Shown here piece by piece: positions 1-12,083 of a DNA stretch of 64,000 nt. This DNA comes from a phage. Where the stretch lies: the NCBI GenBank assembly GCA_012441205.1, contig GCA_012441205.1_4705.1; one strand, given 5' to 3'. The notes beneath the pieces were generated by a model. That model was not told where the DNA came from. It saw only the letters and a program-made list of their open reading frames with translations, and made no database searches. The stretch's first letter is position 1. Every line of letters begins with the position of its first letter. The position numbers and the translations under genes were made by a program.

Positions 1-605
1 TCTGATTGCTTGCGATAAACCGTCCACGAATCGTATATGCCGTGAAAGTTCAAATGACGTGCATTTAAGTTAACGGTGAATTCTTCCACAGAGGAGAAAT
101 CCGAACGAAGCATCGAATGGAAGGCGTCATCTCCGGTGCAGCCCCCGTATCCCTCACCCTGATAGATCAAAAGCTGATGTGGTTGAATACGCGCGGCAAC
201 CAGCGCAGCTTGTGGTTCGCAGTAAGGCGGCCACGACAGTAAAATAACATCGTACTGTGAAAGATCGATGTTCGTGTAGTCGACCTGCTGAATGTCCTCG
301 ATAAACGGGTGGGGATGTAATTCCGTATCGTAGGCGGTAACGTCCTCAACACCAAGTTTACGTAGTACATAAGTCAGGTAACCTGTCCCACAACCCAAAT
401 CAGCGACACGTCGCCCGTAACAGATATTCGCTAACTGGAGCGCGGTATCCATGGTTAACAACGACCATCCAATGTGCTGGGTACATTCTTCACGCACACT
501 CCATTGTTGATGGTACGTCATGGGTTCTATGATACTAGCAAGCTGCTGGTACGGCAATGGCATTCTGGTTTCGCCTTGCGTGAGTAATGCAATAACGTTG
601 TTCAT
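1..605 (-). CDS. class I SAM-dependent methyltransferase (N-terminal ~200 aa; C-terminus beyond window edge)
   Basis: ATG at 603-605 (minus) with upstream AAGGAAAC; motif I RRVADLGCGTGYLT; later LLSWPPY; frame open to nt 1. ORF-track 167..370 is an out-of-frame fragment of this region. Confidence 0.6.
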   Translation of the reverse strand, partial: MNNVIALLTQGETRMPLPYQQLASIIEPMTYHQQWSVREECTQHIGWSLLTMDTALQLANICYGRRVADLGCGTGYLTYVLRKLGVEDVTAYDTELHPHPFIEDIQQVDYTNIDLSQYDVILLSWPPYCEPQAALVAARIQPHQLLIYQGEGYGGCTGDDAFHSMLRSDFSSVEEFTVNLNARHLNFHGIYDSWTVYRKQS

Positions 606-621
606 TTTGTTTCCTTTTTTA

Positions 622-650
622 TCAGCATAAACCCTCCCGTGCCGGGAGGG
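622..650 (-). terminator. GC hairpin (ccctccc/gggaggg) followed by TTTATGC on minus strand
   Basis: Inverted repeat 632-650 plus gcataaa 625-631; lies just downstream of the 656..1084 gene end. Confidence 0.45.
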
Positions 651-655
651 TACGA

Positions 656-1084
656 TTATTCATTTTCAATAACTTTAAGATTCGGCGTACCGAGTGTTTT
701 CTTGACCAACGCCTCAGCAACGCGTTTCTCGATGAAATCGGTCGCATTGCTTCCGTCTATCGTGCGCATGTCACCACGGAAGTTATTGAAGACCATAAAC
801 AAGTCGCAACCGTCGATAGGTATCGCAAGATCATAACTGACTTGTGATGCCGTGAAATGGACACCGACGACAACGGCGGGAACGAATTTAACCGCTGCGT
901 TATCTCCTTCTTCTCCGGTTCCGAACGGAAGCTCAACCCGATCACCGATAGAAAATTGCGCAACATCACCAATGATGCGAGTTAATGCTGCTCGTTGCAT
1001 GTCGGCGATATTTTCCTTATTCGCGTCGCAAGGTAGGTCTAAGACTTCTTCCAACGTGAAGAATTTACGATCGAACCAGCTCAT
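656..1084 (-). CDS. hypothetical protein
   Basis: 142-aa ORF in minus-strand gene chain, tightly packed with neighbours. Confidence 0.45.
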   Translation of the reverse strand: MSWFDRKFFTLEEVLDLPCDANKENIADMQRAALTRIIGDVAQFSIGDRVELPFGTGEEGDNAAVKFVPAVVVGVHFTASQVSYDLAIPIDGCDLFMVFNNFRGDMRTIDGSNATDFIEKRVAEALVKKTLGTPNLKVIENE

Positions 1085-1085
1085 G

Positions 1086-1619
1086 TTAAGCTCCTTTCTG
1101 TTTGATTGATGATGTTAACCACGATGATCTTACCGTGAAACCCTCGGACTCGTAGAACGCCTGGGCTTCGTCGTTATCAGCACGAACATCCAGGCCGATA
1201 GAATGCCCGCCGCATCGGTAAGCGATGTTACGTGCTTCGTTCATCAAGGCGTGGCCGATCCCGCGTCCACGGTATTCCGGTTTTACAACAATCGATGTAA
1301 CATCATGAATGCCCATATGGCTCTCTGTATTCACTTCCAAGAGGCCTACCGGTATCGAAGCGATGGTGTCGATCATAACGACCAACTTTGCGGTGTCCGG
1401 TAAACGCTTCTCTAATTCTAAGGCATCGTACTCGCGTTTTAAATCGGGGATATTCTCAAACATAAACGTGGTTGCCCATGCCTCTGATTCTACATCATCG
1501 AGAATACGGTACAGCTCACGAATCTGTCGTTTATGTGGGTAAAGGTGTGGATCGGCAGCCGTTGAGGCGATAACGCAATAGAACGGCCGTTCATTAATAA
1601 CTACTGTTTTGATGCTCAT
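1086..1619 (-). CDS. GNAT family N-acetyltransferase
   Basis: RGRGIGHALM...GLDVRADNDEAQAFYESEGF resembles the acetyl-CoA binding motifs of GNAT enzymes; 4-nt start/stop overlap with upstream gene. Confidence 0.7.
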   Translation of the reverse strand: MSIKTVVINERPFYCVIASTAADPHLYPHKRQIRELYRILDDVESEAWATTFMFENIPDLKREYDALELEKRLPDTAKLVVMIDTIASIPVGLLEVNTESHMGIHDVTSIVVKPEYRGRGIGHALMNEARNIAYRCGGHSIGLDVRADNDEAQAFYESEGFTVRSSWLTSSIKQKGA

Positions 1620-2122
1620 GCTAAAATTCCCTCATTACCTAACAGTCGATTACGGTGACGTCGGTACATTTGACAAAGTGTTGTGATTTGATAAAGTTTG
1701 TTATAACGTAATTCGATACGTTTTTGCACCTCTTTCCATGAAAGTTTATCATATTGCCGATAACGATGGATTTCATTCAACATCCGAAGACGCGTAGGAT
1801 CGGTATTCTTTATTGTTACGAGCTTCACGCGTTGGTATCCGCGCTGCAACCCCGATTCAGAATACGTAATGCCGAACTCATCCTGAATGATAGTAATGAT
1901 CTCCCGCCATCGGCGCTTCTCGCCGTCACGTAAATGGACAACCCGCGATAAGATATCGTTCCGATTACGATGACTCAGTTTAATGTTAAGCATTGAAGCA
2001 ATCGCGCTAATTGCTCTCTGACTCCGCCCTAACGCCTCACCGATCTCTTTCGATGTCATGACGCCAGCGTTTCGACGTATGAATGCGATTTCGGTTGTTG
2101 TGTATTCTTTACCTGCCGCCAT
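1616..2122 (-). CDS. Myb/SANT-like HTH protein, paralogue 1 of 6
   Basis: Shares the N-terminal HTH-like segment (EIGEALGRSQRAIS) and C-terminal W..I...EFGITY pattern with the five downstream ORFs. Confidence 0.5.
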   Translation of the reverse strand: MAAGKEYTTTEIAFIRRNAGVMTSKEIGEALGRSQRAISAIASMLNIKLSHRNRNDILSRVVHLRDGEKRRWREIITIIQDEFGITYSESGLQRGYQRVKLVTIKNTDPTRLRMLNEIHRYRQYDKLSWKEVQKRIELRYNKLYQITTLCQMYRRHRNRLLGNEGILA

Positions 2123-2586
2123 TTCTTACCACGCGTGTTATAATAGTAACGTTGACAAAGATGTGTGTGATGGTACTCCCGTTTGAACTCGACATTGATA
2201 ATGCGAGCAACTTCTCTCCAGCTAACCCCTTCATGTCGAAGTGTCGTGATACGGTCTGAAATTTTGCACCATTCACCAGGATCGTATCGTCGCAGTTTAT
2301 GACGTCGTATTACGGAGGCGACGCTCGCTTTCGAGCGACCAAGATGATTCGACATTCGTTTAATCGAGTATCTATGGATATTATCGCGAATATAGGAAAG
2401 CTCGTTGTCTGTATACGTCGCGTTGGTTCTCGGCGAAGGGAACAATACGTATAACTTATTCTTAATCGCGCTTTCCGTGCGTTGAAACACGGTAACCAGT
2501 TCACTAATCGATGGTCTAGGTATTTGATACGCGTAATTCTCGAGGCGTGAGAGTTCCTCATCTGTCCAGCGGCGGTATTTGCGCAT
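2056..2586 (-). CDS. Myb/SANT-like HTH protein, paralogue 2 of 6
   Basis: Start trimmed to internal ATG (MRKYRRWTDEELSRL); W-x2-EE-x2-L motif. Confidence 0.5.
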   Translation of the reverse strand: MRKYRRWTDEELSRLENYAYQIPRPSISELVTVFQRTESAIKNKLYVLFPSPRTNATYTDNELSYIRDNIHRYSIKRMSNHLGRSKASVASVIRRHKLRRYDPGEWCKISDRITTLRHEGVSWREVARIINVEFKREYHHTHLCQRYYYNTRGKKWRQVKNTQQPKSHSYVETLAS

Positions 2587-3052
2587 GGGCAACTCCTTTG
2601 TTTTTCGTGTAATAACACCAACGTTGATACAACGCATGTTTATTCGTTGTAATCCCAAATTTAACAACAACGTCGTATGTGATAATATTCCAATTTTGGG
2701 TGACGTTAAGTCGTTCCGCGATAATCGCTTCCCGTTCTTGCTTGGTTAACGCACGACGAATTCCATTAAGCCGTATAAACTGACGAACCGAGTCATACGA
2801 ACGGTTTAAATCATACGCAATCTCCCTCAGCGATTTTTGTTTGATTACGGACTTGATGTACGCACGTTCTTCTTCCGTATACGGTCGATGCTTCTGGCGT
2901 TGACGTATTCCCAAACGCCCCAGACACGCGTCGATGCTGGCGTATGTTCGTCCTGTCCGTTGTGCGATTTCATCAATCGTCAGCGGCGTGTTCAAGTACA
3001 TGTGTGTAACATCTTTTAACTCATCGTTACGCCACGGCCGAGGTCGTCCCAT
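2558..3052 (-). CDS. Myb/SANT-like HTH protein, paralogue 3 of 6
   Basis: MGRPRPWRNDELKDV...IAQRTGRTYASIDACLGRL. Confidence 0.5.
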   Translation of the reverse strand: MGRPRPWRNDELKDVTHMYLNTPLTIDEIAQRTGRTYASIDACLGRLGIRQRQKHRPYTEEERAYIKSVIKQKSLREIAYDLNRSYDSVRQFIRLNGIRRALTKQEREAIIAERLNVTQNWNIITYDVVVKFGITTNKHALYQRWCYYTKNKGVAHAQIPPLDR

Positions 3053-3530
3053 CTTGTATCCCTCTTTTCTTTCTATGATGCCACCAACGCTGATAAACAG
3101 CTTGCTTCGTCCGTGTTATGCCAAAATGCGCATTAACCCGTTCAGCAATGTGGTACCAATCCTGCGTTTCTTCTAACAATGCATCAACGAAGGCTATGAA
3201 GATCTTAGTATCATCCTCGCTTAACCGCTTGAAGCCATGGCGGTGTGCTATTGTTCGAATACTGTTTGGATCTCTGTTTAAATCGCGTGCGAGCTGTTTG
3301 TAACTTTTGTGCTTACAGTGTAGTCTGATATGTTCTAATTCATCGACGCTGAAACGTTTATGCGGTTTACGGCGTTCGACGTTTAAGTACCTCAACCTTG
3401 ATTCGATTGCACCGTACGTCGTTTCCATGATTTCCGCGATTTCACGGATTTTTAATTTCGGGCGACGATCGTATAGTTTCAGCAACTGCTCATCGTACTT
3501 ACGATTCCATCGTCGTACTGGGGGTTTCAC
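3027..3530 (-). CDS. Myb/SANT-like HTH protein, paralogue 4 of 6
   Basis: RRWNRKYDEQLLKLY...IAEIMETTYGAIESRLRYL. Confidence 0.5.
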   Translation of the reverse strand: MKPPVRRWNRKYDEQLLKLYDRRPKLKIREIAEIMETTYGAIESRLRYLNVERRKPHKRFSVDELEHIRLHCKHKSYKQLARDLNRDPNSIRTIAHRHGFKRLSEDDTKIFIAFVDALLEETQDWYHIAERVNAHFGITRTKQAVYQRWWHHRKKRGIQDGTTSAVA

Positions 3531-3532
3531 AA

Positions 3533-4012
3533 CTAGATTTCTCCTGTTCTACGCGTTTTTAATGCTTGAGTGTAGTAAAGGGTATGAACACCGCTTAACG
3601 TGTAATGGGTGTTAAATTCGTTATTGATGATATTCTGTATTCTCTCCCAGGTTTTCTTCTCTTTTCTAAGAGTATGTATTCGGTGATAGATCATCTCTCG
3701 ACGTTGCGCTTTGCACGCGATAATACCGTAGCGGTAGCAGAGTTTAGCGATCGCATCCACGCTACGATTGAACATTACCGCGGCTTCTTTCACGCTGTGC
3801 GTCTTGAGATAATCGGCTAACATCACGCGTTCTTCGAAACAACAATAGCGGTGACGCGACGTGAGTTTCCAGCGCTTGCGATTACGGTTAATTCGACCTT
3901 GAACCGAACCTTCCGTTCGGCCAAGTCGTACCGCAATATCTTGCATCGGTATACCGTTTCGGTACAGGGTAATCAACATCGCATCTTCTTCGGGTGTCCA
4001 GTCCTTGACCAT
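3533..4012 (-). CDS. Myb/SANT-like HTH protein, paralogue 5 of 6
   Basis: VKDWTPEEDAMLITLYRNGIPMQDIAVRLGRTEGSVQGRINRNRKRW is a near-canonical Myb repeat pattern. Confidence 0.55.
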   Translation of the reverse strand: MVKDWTPEEDAMLITLYRNGIPMQDIAVRLGRTEGSVQGRINRNRKRWKLTSRHRYCCFEERVMLADYLKTHSVKEAAVMFNRSVDAIAKLCYRYGIIACKAQRREMIYHRIHTLRKEKKTWERIQNIINNEFNTHYTLSGVHTLYYTQALKTRRTGEI

Positions 4013-4024
4013 AATGCCACCCCA

Positions 4025-6715
<2,691 letters not shown>

Positions 6716-6795
6716 AAAATTGTCAAAATGTACATCGGCATAACGCCCGTGCCCGCCCGTGATGGGAGGGACACAGGCAATACGCTTTTATTTCA

Positions 6796-7404
6796 TCAAG
6801 ACTTCACAACGCATTCGACTTCGTCGTTCATATAGGCTTCGTATAAAGACAGTACTTCCTTCATTTTAATTTCAGGTAACGCAACAGAACGAATCGCTTT
6901 CAGGATATTCCGTGTCTGATGATGTTTAACCTTCGCTTCACGTAGTTTACAGAATTGACGGATGCAGGTATTAACTTTACCACCTTCCGCACGTTCGAGG
7001 GCGACGTGCAGTTTCAGATCCAGTAATACTTCCGTGAGTTCCTGGGTGGCAGGATCGTTACGAATAAGTCGCACCGTCCGTTCATCCGGATTCAACATCG
7101 TGAGGAACTGAAGCTTGATCTGTTCAGGTACGGGTTTCGTGTTCATCATGATGGCGTCAAACTGTTCCTTAACATCCAACTCATTGAACACATAACGTTC
7201 GATGTGTACGACGTGTGCTTTTCCCGACTCACCGTAAATCGCCATCGCACGATAGTCATCGAACAACACGACATACATCAGATCTTGTTCCGGTCCGATG
7301 GTACCATCCATGAGCTTCGGGGCGTGTTTCCTAAAGAAGCCGTAGCGAACCGCTTCATCCGGCATGAGCGTCCACGCATTAACGGGCTGTTTTACGAGTT
7401 CCAT
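6796..7404 (-). CDS. hypothetical protein
   Basis: Start trimmed to ATG at 7404 (MELVKQ) preceded by GAGGTG. Confidence 0.45.
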   Translation of the reverse strand: MELVKQPVNAWTLMPDEAVRYGFFRKHAPKLMDGTIGPEQDLMYVVLFDDYRAMAIYGESGKAHVVHIERYVFNELDVKEQFDAIMMNTKPVPEQIKLQFLTMLNPDERTVRLIRNDPATQELTEVLLDLKLHVALERAEGGKVNTCIRQFCKLREAKVKHHQTRNILKAIRSVALPEIKMKEVLSLYEAYMNDEVECVVKS

Positions 7405-7687
7405 GTAACACCTCATCAAGATTATCACTTACGCCAGGCGGTACCACAATACCGGTACGAATCACAGCAGCAACTTCCTGCATGCCCTTACCCTTCAACG
7501 CATAGGTTTCATGTACCACATTACGTCGAGTCGTTAATCCAACAAATTTACATACAACCATGTTGTTTTCTGAAAGATAAGCGGTGTCGAGTTCACCGTG
7601 CAACAATTCTTTTTCTTTGGTATCAATACCTAATAACGCAATTTGATAAGCAGAAAGTTTCCAATAACGCATAATCGTCCTATTCAT
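7379..7687 (-). CDS. hypothetical protein
   Basis: 102-aa ORF in gene chain. Confidence 0.4.
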   Translation of the reverse strand: MNRTIMRYWKLSAYQIALLGIDTKEKELLHGELDTAYLSENNMVVCKFVGLTTRRNVVHETYALKGKGMQEVAAVIRTGIVVPPGVSDNLDEVLHGTRKTAR

Positions 7688-8507
7688 AAACTATCAAATA
7701 TTCTGAAACCAAGTTTCTTGTTTCTACTTTTGCCGAAATCGTTCTTCGTACAGTTACAGGGTACAATTTTGTCGCCGAACTATAAATCTCTTCAGTCAAC
7801 GCACAAGCACTGTTGCTAATGATTGTAGGAATTCCCCGCGAGCGCAAGTTGTCAGCCTTTTCTGCAAGATAACGATGATCGTCTAATGTAAACCCCTCTT
7901 GAGTATAGCCCGTAAACGATGCGGTGGGGGAAATGGGAATATAAGGAGGGTCGCAATAAACGACGTCACCCGGAACCACCTTTTCAAGATGCTTCTGGAA
8001 CCCACCACTTACAATTTCTACCCCCCCCCCCTCGACGAAGGCAGCCTGAAGATGGTTCGCTGCCAGACGCAATTCCTGTTTCGGGAAATAGACGGTCTTA
8101 TACCGCCCATGCGCAACATTAAATAAACCATCACGATTATAACGACATAAGCCATTGAAACCGTAACGGTTTAAATACATGAAGCAAACTGCGCGTTCCC
8201 ACGGATCTTCAGCGCGGTTAAAACGTTCACGTATCTCGTAGTAGCTTCTGACGTCGGTAGGATCCGTTTGAAAAAGACGTTCCACTTCTTCGATGAAAGA
8301 TTCTGGACGCGCTAGCAACGCAGACCATACTGAGAGAATATCCTCATTCGCATCACCTATCGAATACGCTGGGTACTTAAGAGCAAGCGTAACAGCGCCG
8401 GAACCAACGAATGGTTCAACAAGACGCTTTCCTTTAGGTAACACTTTTTCAATCTCAGGGATAAGCCTGGTTTTGTTCCCAAGCCATTTAAGAAATGTTC
8501 TGCTCAT
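7680..8507 (-). CDS. dam: DNA adenine methyltransferase (Dam-like, N6-adenine)
   Basis: N-terminal FLKWLGNKTRL...LVEPFVGSGAV (SAM-binding) and catalytic DPPY motif, as in E. coli Dam. Confidence 0.9.
   Translation of the reverse strand: MSRTFLKWLGNKTRLIPEIEKVLPKGKRLVEPFVGSGAVTLALKYPAYSIGDANEDILSVWSALLARPESFIEEVERLFQTDPTDVRSYYEIRERFNRAEDPWERAVCFMYLNRYGFNGLCRYNRDGLFNVAHGRYKTVYFPKQELRLAANHLQAAFVEGGGVEIVSGGFQKHLEKVVPGDVVYCDPPYIPISPTASFTGYTQEGFTLDDHRYLAEKADNLRSRGIPTIISNSACALTEEIYSSATKLYPVTVRRTISAKVETRNLVSEYLIVYE
8021..8031 (-). repeat. homopolymeric C11 tract (G11 on coding strand) inside dam
   Basis: 11 consecutive C at 8021-8031; in frame it encodes E-G-G-G-V. Confidence 0.9.
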
Positions 8508-8922
8508 CGATTGGCGTTCCGATAATGTTGATGACTATTTCCGTTCGAACCGGATTGGTCAGTACGGCCTGCATGCATTCAAGCATTGTTGGGTTATCCG
8601 TAACCACCACATCGGCGTAACACAACGGATGGCTTTCGAACGCTTCGGTATCACTTACTAACAGAACACCCATCACATTTACGTATTGCGGTATGCGACC
8701 ACGAATGCGTTGCCACATGTCTTGAGTAAGGTCCTCGCTTTCTAATGCAACCACAACAACAGGACTGATATTTACCGGAAAACGCGGATGCACCGTACGA
8801 CGAAATGTTATCCAGTTTTCGATGTGGGATAATGCAAGTTCGAGAGAACAGCATTTTGGAGAAATCTGTATGTTTATTTGTTGAATCAATGAAAGGGGGT
8901 TTTGTACAGTCGCTTCAGCCAT
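8488..8922 (-). CDS. hypothetical protein
   Basis: 144-aa ORF in gene chain. Confidence 0.45.
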   Translation of the reverse strand: MAEATVQNPLSLIQQINIQISPKCCSLELALSHIENWITFRRTVHPRFPVNISPVVVVALESEDLTQDMWQRIRGRIPQYVNVMGVLLVSDTEAFESHPLCYADVVVTDNPTMLECMQAVLTNPVRTEIVINIIGTPIDEQNIS

Positions 8923-9900
8923 TTACTTTTTCCTGAAAATTAATGTTGGTAAGCCGTTTCTTACAGCATAATACAACACTAAGAGGTTAATCTTACCTGC
9001 GGATACCGTAAGCATTTTACGACGACGTGGTAAACTAACCGGTACGGTAGATGCCATCGTTGCGCTGTTCTTGAACGTTTGGGAATAACGTCGCAGCGAC
9101 GCTTCACCTAACAATGGAAGGAACAGATCCTCAGTAAGAATATCATCGCAGATATACGTAATCGCAAGTAACGGTGGATTCCACTCGTTCAGGAACTCGA
9201 AAATCTCGTTTGCGATACCCAGCGCGTTATTGGGAAGCGGAACCTCACGAACGTATTTCTGATTGCCTTTATCCAGCAGGATTCTTGACATACAGTAATC
9301 GTGGATTATACCCGCAACATCATCCGCTGTTTCTGCGTTCTGCATCAACGCCCGTGCTTCTTCCCAGGTCAGCTGACGTTTTGTTTCGTAGTAGGTTGGT
9401 TTCAAAACCGCGTAAAAATCGTGGATTAAGCGACCAACATCCCCACGGGTTTTCTCTGCCAACGCGATCGCGTACGCTTTCTTCTCCGCATCCGTTAAGA
9501 TCTGATTACGCCACAGTTCGTATTCGTCTAACAGCTCGGTGTATTTGGCTGTCCATTCAGAGGAAAGATAATAACCAATACTGTCAATCAATGCGTGCGT
9601 TAAAACACCCAGACGCTCGCGTTTTGGATCGACTGACGGCTCATAGACAAAAGGTAGCTTCGGTTTTTCAAAGCCGCTGGCTACGACGGTATCTGAAAAA
9701 GCGTTAGCGAAAACACCCATCGGTTTCCATGACGTAAGGAGATCCTGATATAGCATCGGATGAACGTTATTAATCGCTGTGAGTTTATCATCGAAAAGAC
9801 TCACGCTTGGATGTTCAGCATTCGCAAGCTCAAAATAAATTCTTTCGAGCAACGCCTTTACCGCATCGCGTGTCTTATCGATTGGGCCAATAGAAGCCAT
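8923..9900 (-). CDS. hypothetical protein
   Basis: 325-aa ORF in gene chain. Confidence 0.5.
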   Translation of the reverse strand: MASIGPIDKTRDAVKALLERIYFELANAEHPSVSLFDDKLTAINNVHPMLYQDLLTSWKPMGVFANAFSDTVVASGFEKPKLPFVYEPSVDPKRERLGVLTHALIDSIGYYLSSEWTAKYTELLDEYELWRNQILTDAEKKAYAIALAEKTRGDVGRLIHDFYAVLKPTYYETKRQLTWEEARALMQNAETADDVAGIIHDYCMSRILLDKGNQKYVREVPLPNNALGIANEIFEFLNEWNPPLLAITYICDDILTEDLFLPLLGEASLRRYSQTFKNSATMASTVPVSLPRRRKMLTVSAGKINLLVLYYAVRNGLPTLIFRKK

Positions 9901-9914
9901 GTAAATTATCCTCG

Positions 9915-10181
9915 TTAAAAAGTACCCATGATCGATAGGGCAATATGGTCTTTGTTCACACGCGCATTTAACGACATATCGAGACCGTTTTTCTTAATAT
10001 GCCAGCGTGCCACCAGTTCCGGTTGGTCAACGGAATACAGCCCTTCTCGATGTTGATTCAACCATTTAGCAATTGGATGCAGTTTATCGGGATTGACCAC
10101 ACCCAATTCCAACCCACCGGGTGTTAATGGTTTAGAATAAAAGTCAAGTGCGTTCCGTAAAAAGTCATCCTCGATGCTCAT
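9915..10181 (-). CDS. hypothetical protein
   Basis: 88-aa ORF; its ATG overlaps the stop of the small upstream ORF (ATGA). Confidence 0.45.
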   Translation of the reverse strand: MSIEDDFLRNALDFYSKPLTPGGLELGVVNPDKLHPIAKWLNQHREGLYSVDQPELVARWHIKKNGLDMSLNARVNKDHIALSIMGTF

Positions 10182-10292
10182 CGTAGCATACCTACCATGC
10201 CGATTACAGCAAACAGTACGCCGACAGCGCTATACGCAAGCAGCGCTTTAGCAACCCAAGATTTTATTTCCGTATACTCTTCATTATTCACC
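10178..10292 (-). CDS. small hydrophobic peptide (38 aa), putative
   Basis: Translated by hand: MVNNEEYTEIKSWVAKALLAYSAVGVLFAVIGMVGMLR; not in ORF track (under 60 aa). Confidence 0.3.
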
Positions 10293-10371
10293 ATGTCTCA
10301 CCTCGTTCGGTTATTGTCTGATCTCATACCTTTACTTAAGCGTATCCCCCGTCATTAAGACGGGGTGTTTA

Positions 10372-10746
10372 TCACCAGAGACGATTACCTTCCTCGTCCC
10401 ACCAAGCAATCGCTCGTGTCGACTCGAATGTGTTAGGGCGTAACGTCATGCCCTTGCGGTCAACGATTAACCGCAACTCAGTACCGAACCACTCAATCGA
10501 GATAAACAAACCCTTCCGAATGATTGCTTGATAACCTGATAGCCGCTCAAAGAGTCGTTGAAAGATCTCATCATGCCCACACGACACTAATGCTTCTGAA
10601 TAGCGTCGCATCGATTTTGCATCGCTAGGTAAACGTGTTTTACAATCCCACCATAACACAGCGTACATCAGTGCAGCATTACGCAATCGTAACGATTGAA
10701 CTGGTGTTAGCTGTCGTCCTTCAACATCATCGATAATGACATACAT
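10372..10746 (-). CDS. hypothetical protein
   Basis: 124-aa ORF. Confidence 0.45.
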   Translation of the reverse strand: MYVIIDDVEGRQLTPVQSLRLRNAALMYAVLWWDCKTRLPSDAKSMRRYSEALVSCGHDEIFQRLFERLSGYQAIIRKGLFISIEWFGTELRLIVDRKGMTLRPNTFESTRAIAWWDEEGNRLW

Positions 10747-10752
10747 CGCATC

Positions 10753-11007
10753 TTATTCCGCGCTTGTTTCCTTAACATGGACACATTCCGCATCGATAGT
10801 CACACCGGTAGAACGATGGGTCTCGTTGGTAGAATCAAATCCGCTGTTGAACAACACTGCGAATGTGTTATTATCCATACGAGCAAAGGTCTCCGCAATA
10901 CGATCGGGATGAAAATCAGTGCGGCTGATGGTCGATTTCACAAAAACTCCTATAAACAATTTAATTATTGGTATTAAGATTAAAGCAGGATCTGCGGACA
11001 GCAGCAT
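10753..11007 (-). CDS. hypothetical protein
   Basis: 84-aa ORF; overlaps next ORF, start uncertain. Confidence 0.3.
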   Translation of the reverse strand: MLLSADPALILIPIIKLFIGVFVKSTISRTDFHPDRIAETFARMDNNTFAVLFNSGFDSTNETHRSTGVTIDAECVHVKETSAE

Positions 11008-11465
11008 GATTCGTAACCACCTTCATGTGGTAACGTATTGCTGGTGTCAGGCCAAACGAGCTGAATACCCGCAACCTTTTTACCATATCGAGCGAAAGCC
11101 GCTATCGCATACACTTCGTTGAAGGATTCAATATCCTCTATTTCACGCACGTCAAGACGCAAGGTTTCACCCGTACCTTTCAGAGTTAGATTGCCATCGA
11201 ACGCGCCTAACGGGATGGTCTTTGCCTTCACCATGAAGTTACCCAGTTTGTTGATTGCTGAACCGAGAGCAGGGCAATAACCGGATACGAAGATTTCCGG
11301 CATTCCGTGTTCGGTTAGACCAACAGTATACATAAAGCCAGGCTCGTCGCTTCCCTCATCAGGAGCGACACTGATAATAGCCCATTGCTTTTTCTCGATA
11401 TATTCTTCGATAAAATCGTCCAGTTTTGAAAAATTGTTTTCATTAAGTTTAACTGTGTTACTCAT
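10980..11465 (-). CDS. hypothetical protein
   Basis: 161-aa ORF. Confidence 0.45.
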   Translation of the reverse strand: MSNTVKLNENNFSKLDDFIEEYIEKKQWAIISVAPDEGSDEPGFMYTVGLTEHGMPEIFVSGYCPALGSAINKLGNFMVKAKTIPLGAFDGNLTLKGTGETLRLDVREIEDIESFNEVYAIAAFARYGKKVAGIQLVWPDTSNTLPHEGGYESCCCPQILL

Positions 11466-11751
11466 GTTCTTTATCCTTTAATGCGTTTTCTAACCAGCGG
11501 ACATAACTTTCACGATAAAGGTGAATATGTCTTTTACCGTCGCGAAAGTTAGGGTCAATAAGATGAATCGCAGCATGGGTTGAGGTCGTCGCATGCTGTA
11601 AATGTTTTCGTGTTAATCGCCCAAGTTTTACCCAACGTTGAATATACCGTGCGTCTGCCGCTAAACAGGTACGTTCATCGATGAAAGGTACCAATACCTG
11701 AACGATACTACCGTAATACACCATCGAACTGTTGAACATCTGCGTCTCCAT
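11458..11751 (-). CDS. hypothetical protein
   Basis: 97-aa ORF. Confidence 0.4.
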   Translation of the reverse strand: METQMFNSSMVYYGSIVQVLVPFIDERTCLAADARYIQRWVKLGRLTRKHLQHATTSTHAAIHLIDPNFRDGKRHIHLYRESYVRWLENALKDKEHE

Positions 11752-11769
11752 GCAAATGGATGGGGCGGA

Positions 11770-12078
11770 TTAGTGAAGAATTACCGTTTGCGATCCGTTC
11801 TCGTATTCGGTAAGTAACTCGTCATACCGACGATCGACTACCTTGATTGCATTATCGATCTCTGTCGTGTCTGATACAACAGATCGTTTCGCTTCCAGTC
11901 GATATACTAACGCATCACGCATACCCTCGGCTGCAGCGAGTTCACAGGTTGCTTGATGTTTATTATCCGAAAAGACGAAGAATGGTTTGTTCTCTTCATC
12001 GGCCAGGAAGTAGTTACGAATCTCAACCAACCTTTCATCTGGAACCAGTTCACATTTGTTTTCGTTCATTTTCATCAT
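11770..12078 (-). CDS. hypothetical protein
   Basis: 102-aa ORF. Confidence 0.4.
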   Translation of the reverse strand: MMKMNENKCELVPDERLVEIRNYFLADEENKPFFVFSDNKHQATCELAAAEGMRDALVYRLEAKRSVVSDTTEIDNAIKVVDRRYDELLTEYENGSQTVILH

Positions 12079-12083
12079 CTCTC

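Noticed and set aside
167-370. 67-aa minus-strand ORF from the ORF track
   Set aside because: It is an alternative frame inside the methyltransferase coding region; the methyltransferase frame carries the SAM-binding motif and runs from 605 to the window edge.
7204-7674. 156-aa plus-strand ORF
   Set aside because: Antisense to two packed minus-strand genes; no RBS; shadow ORF.
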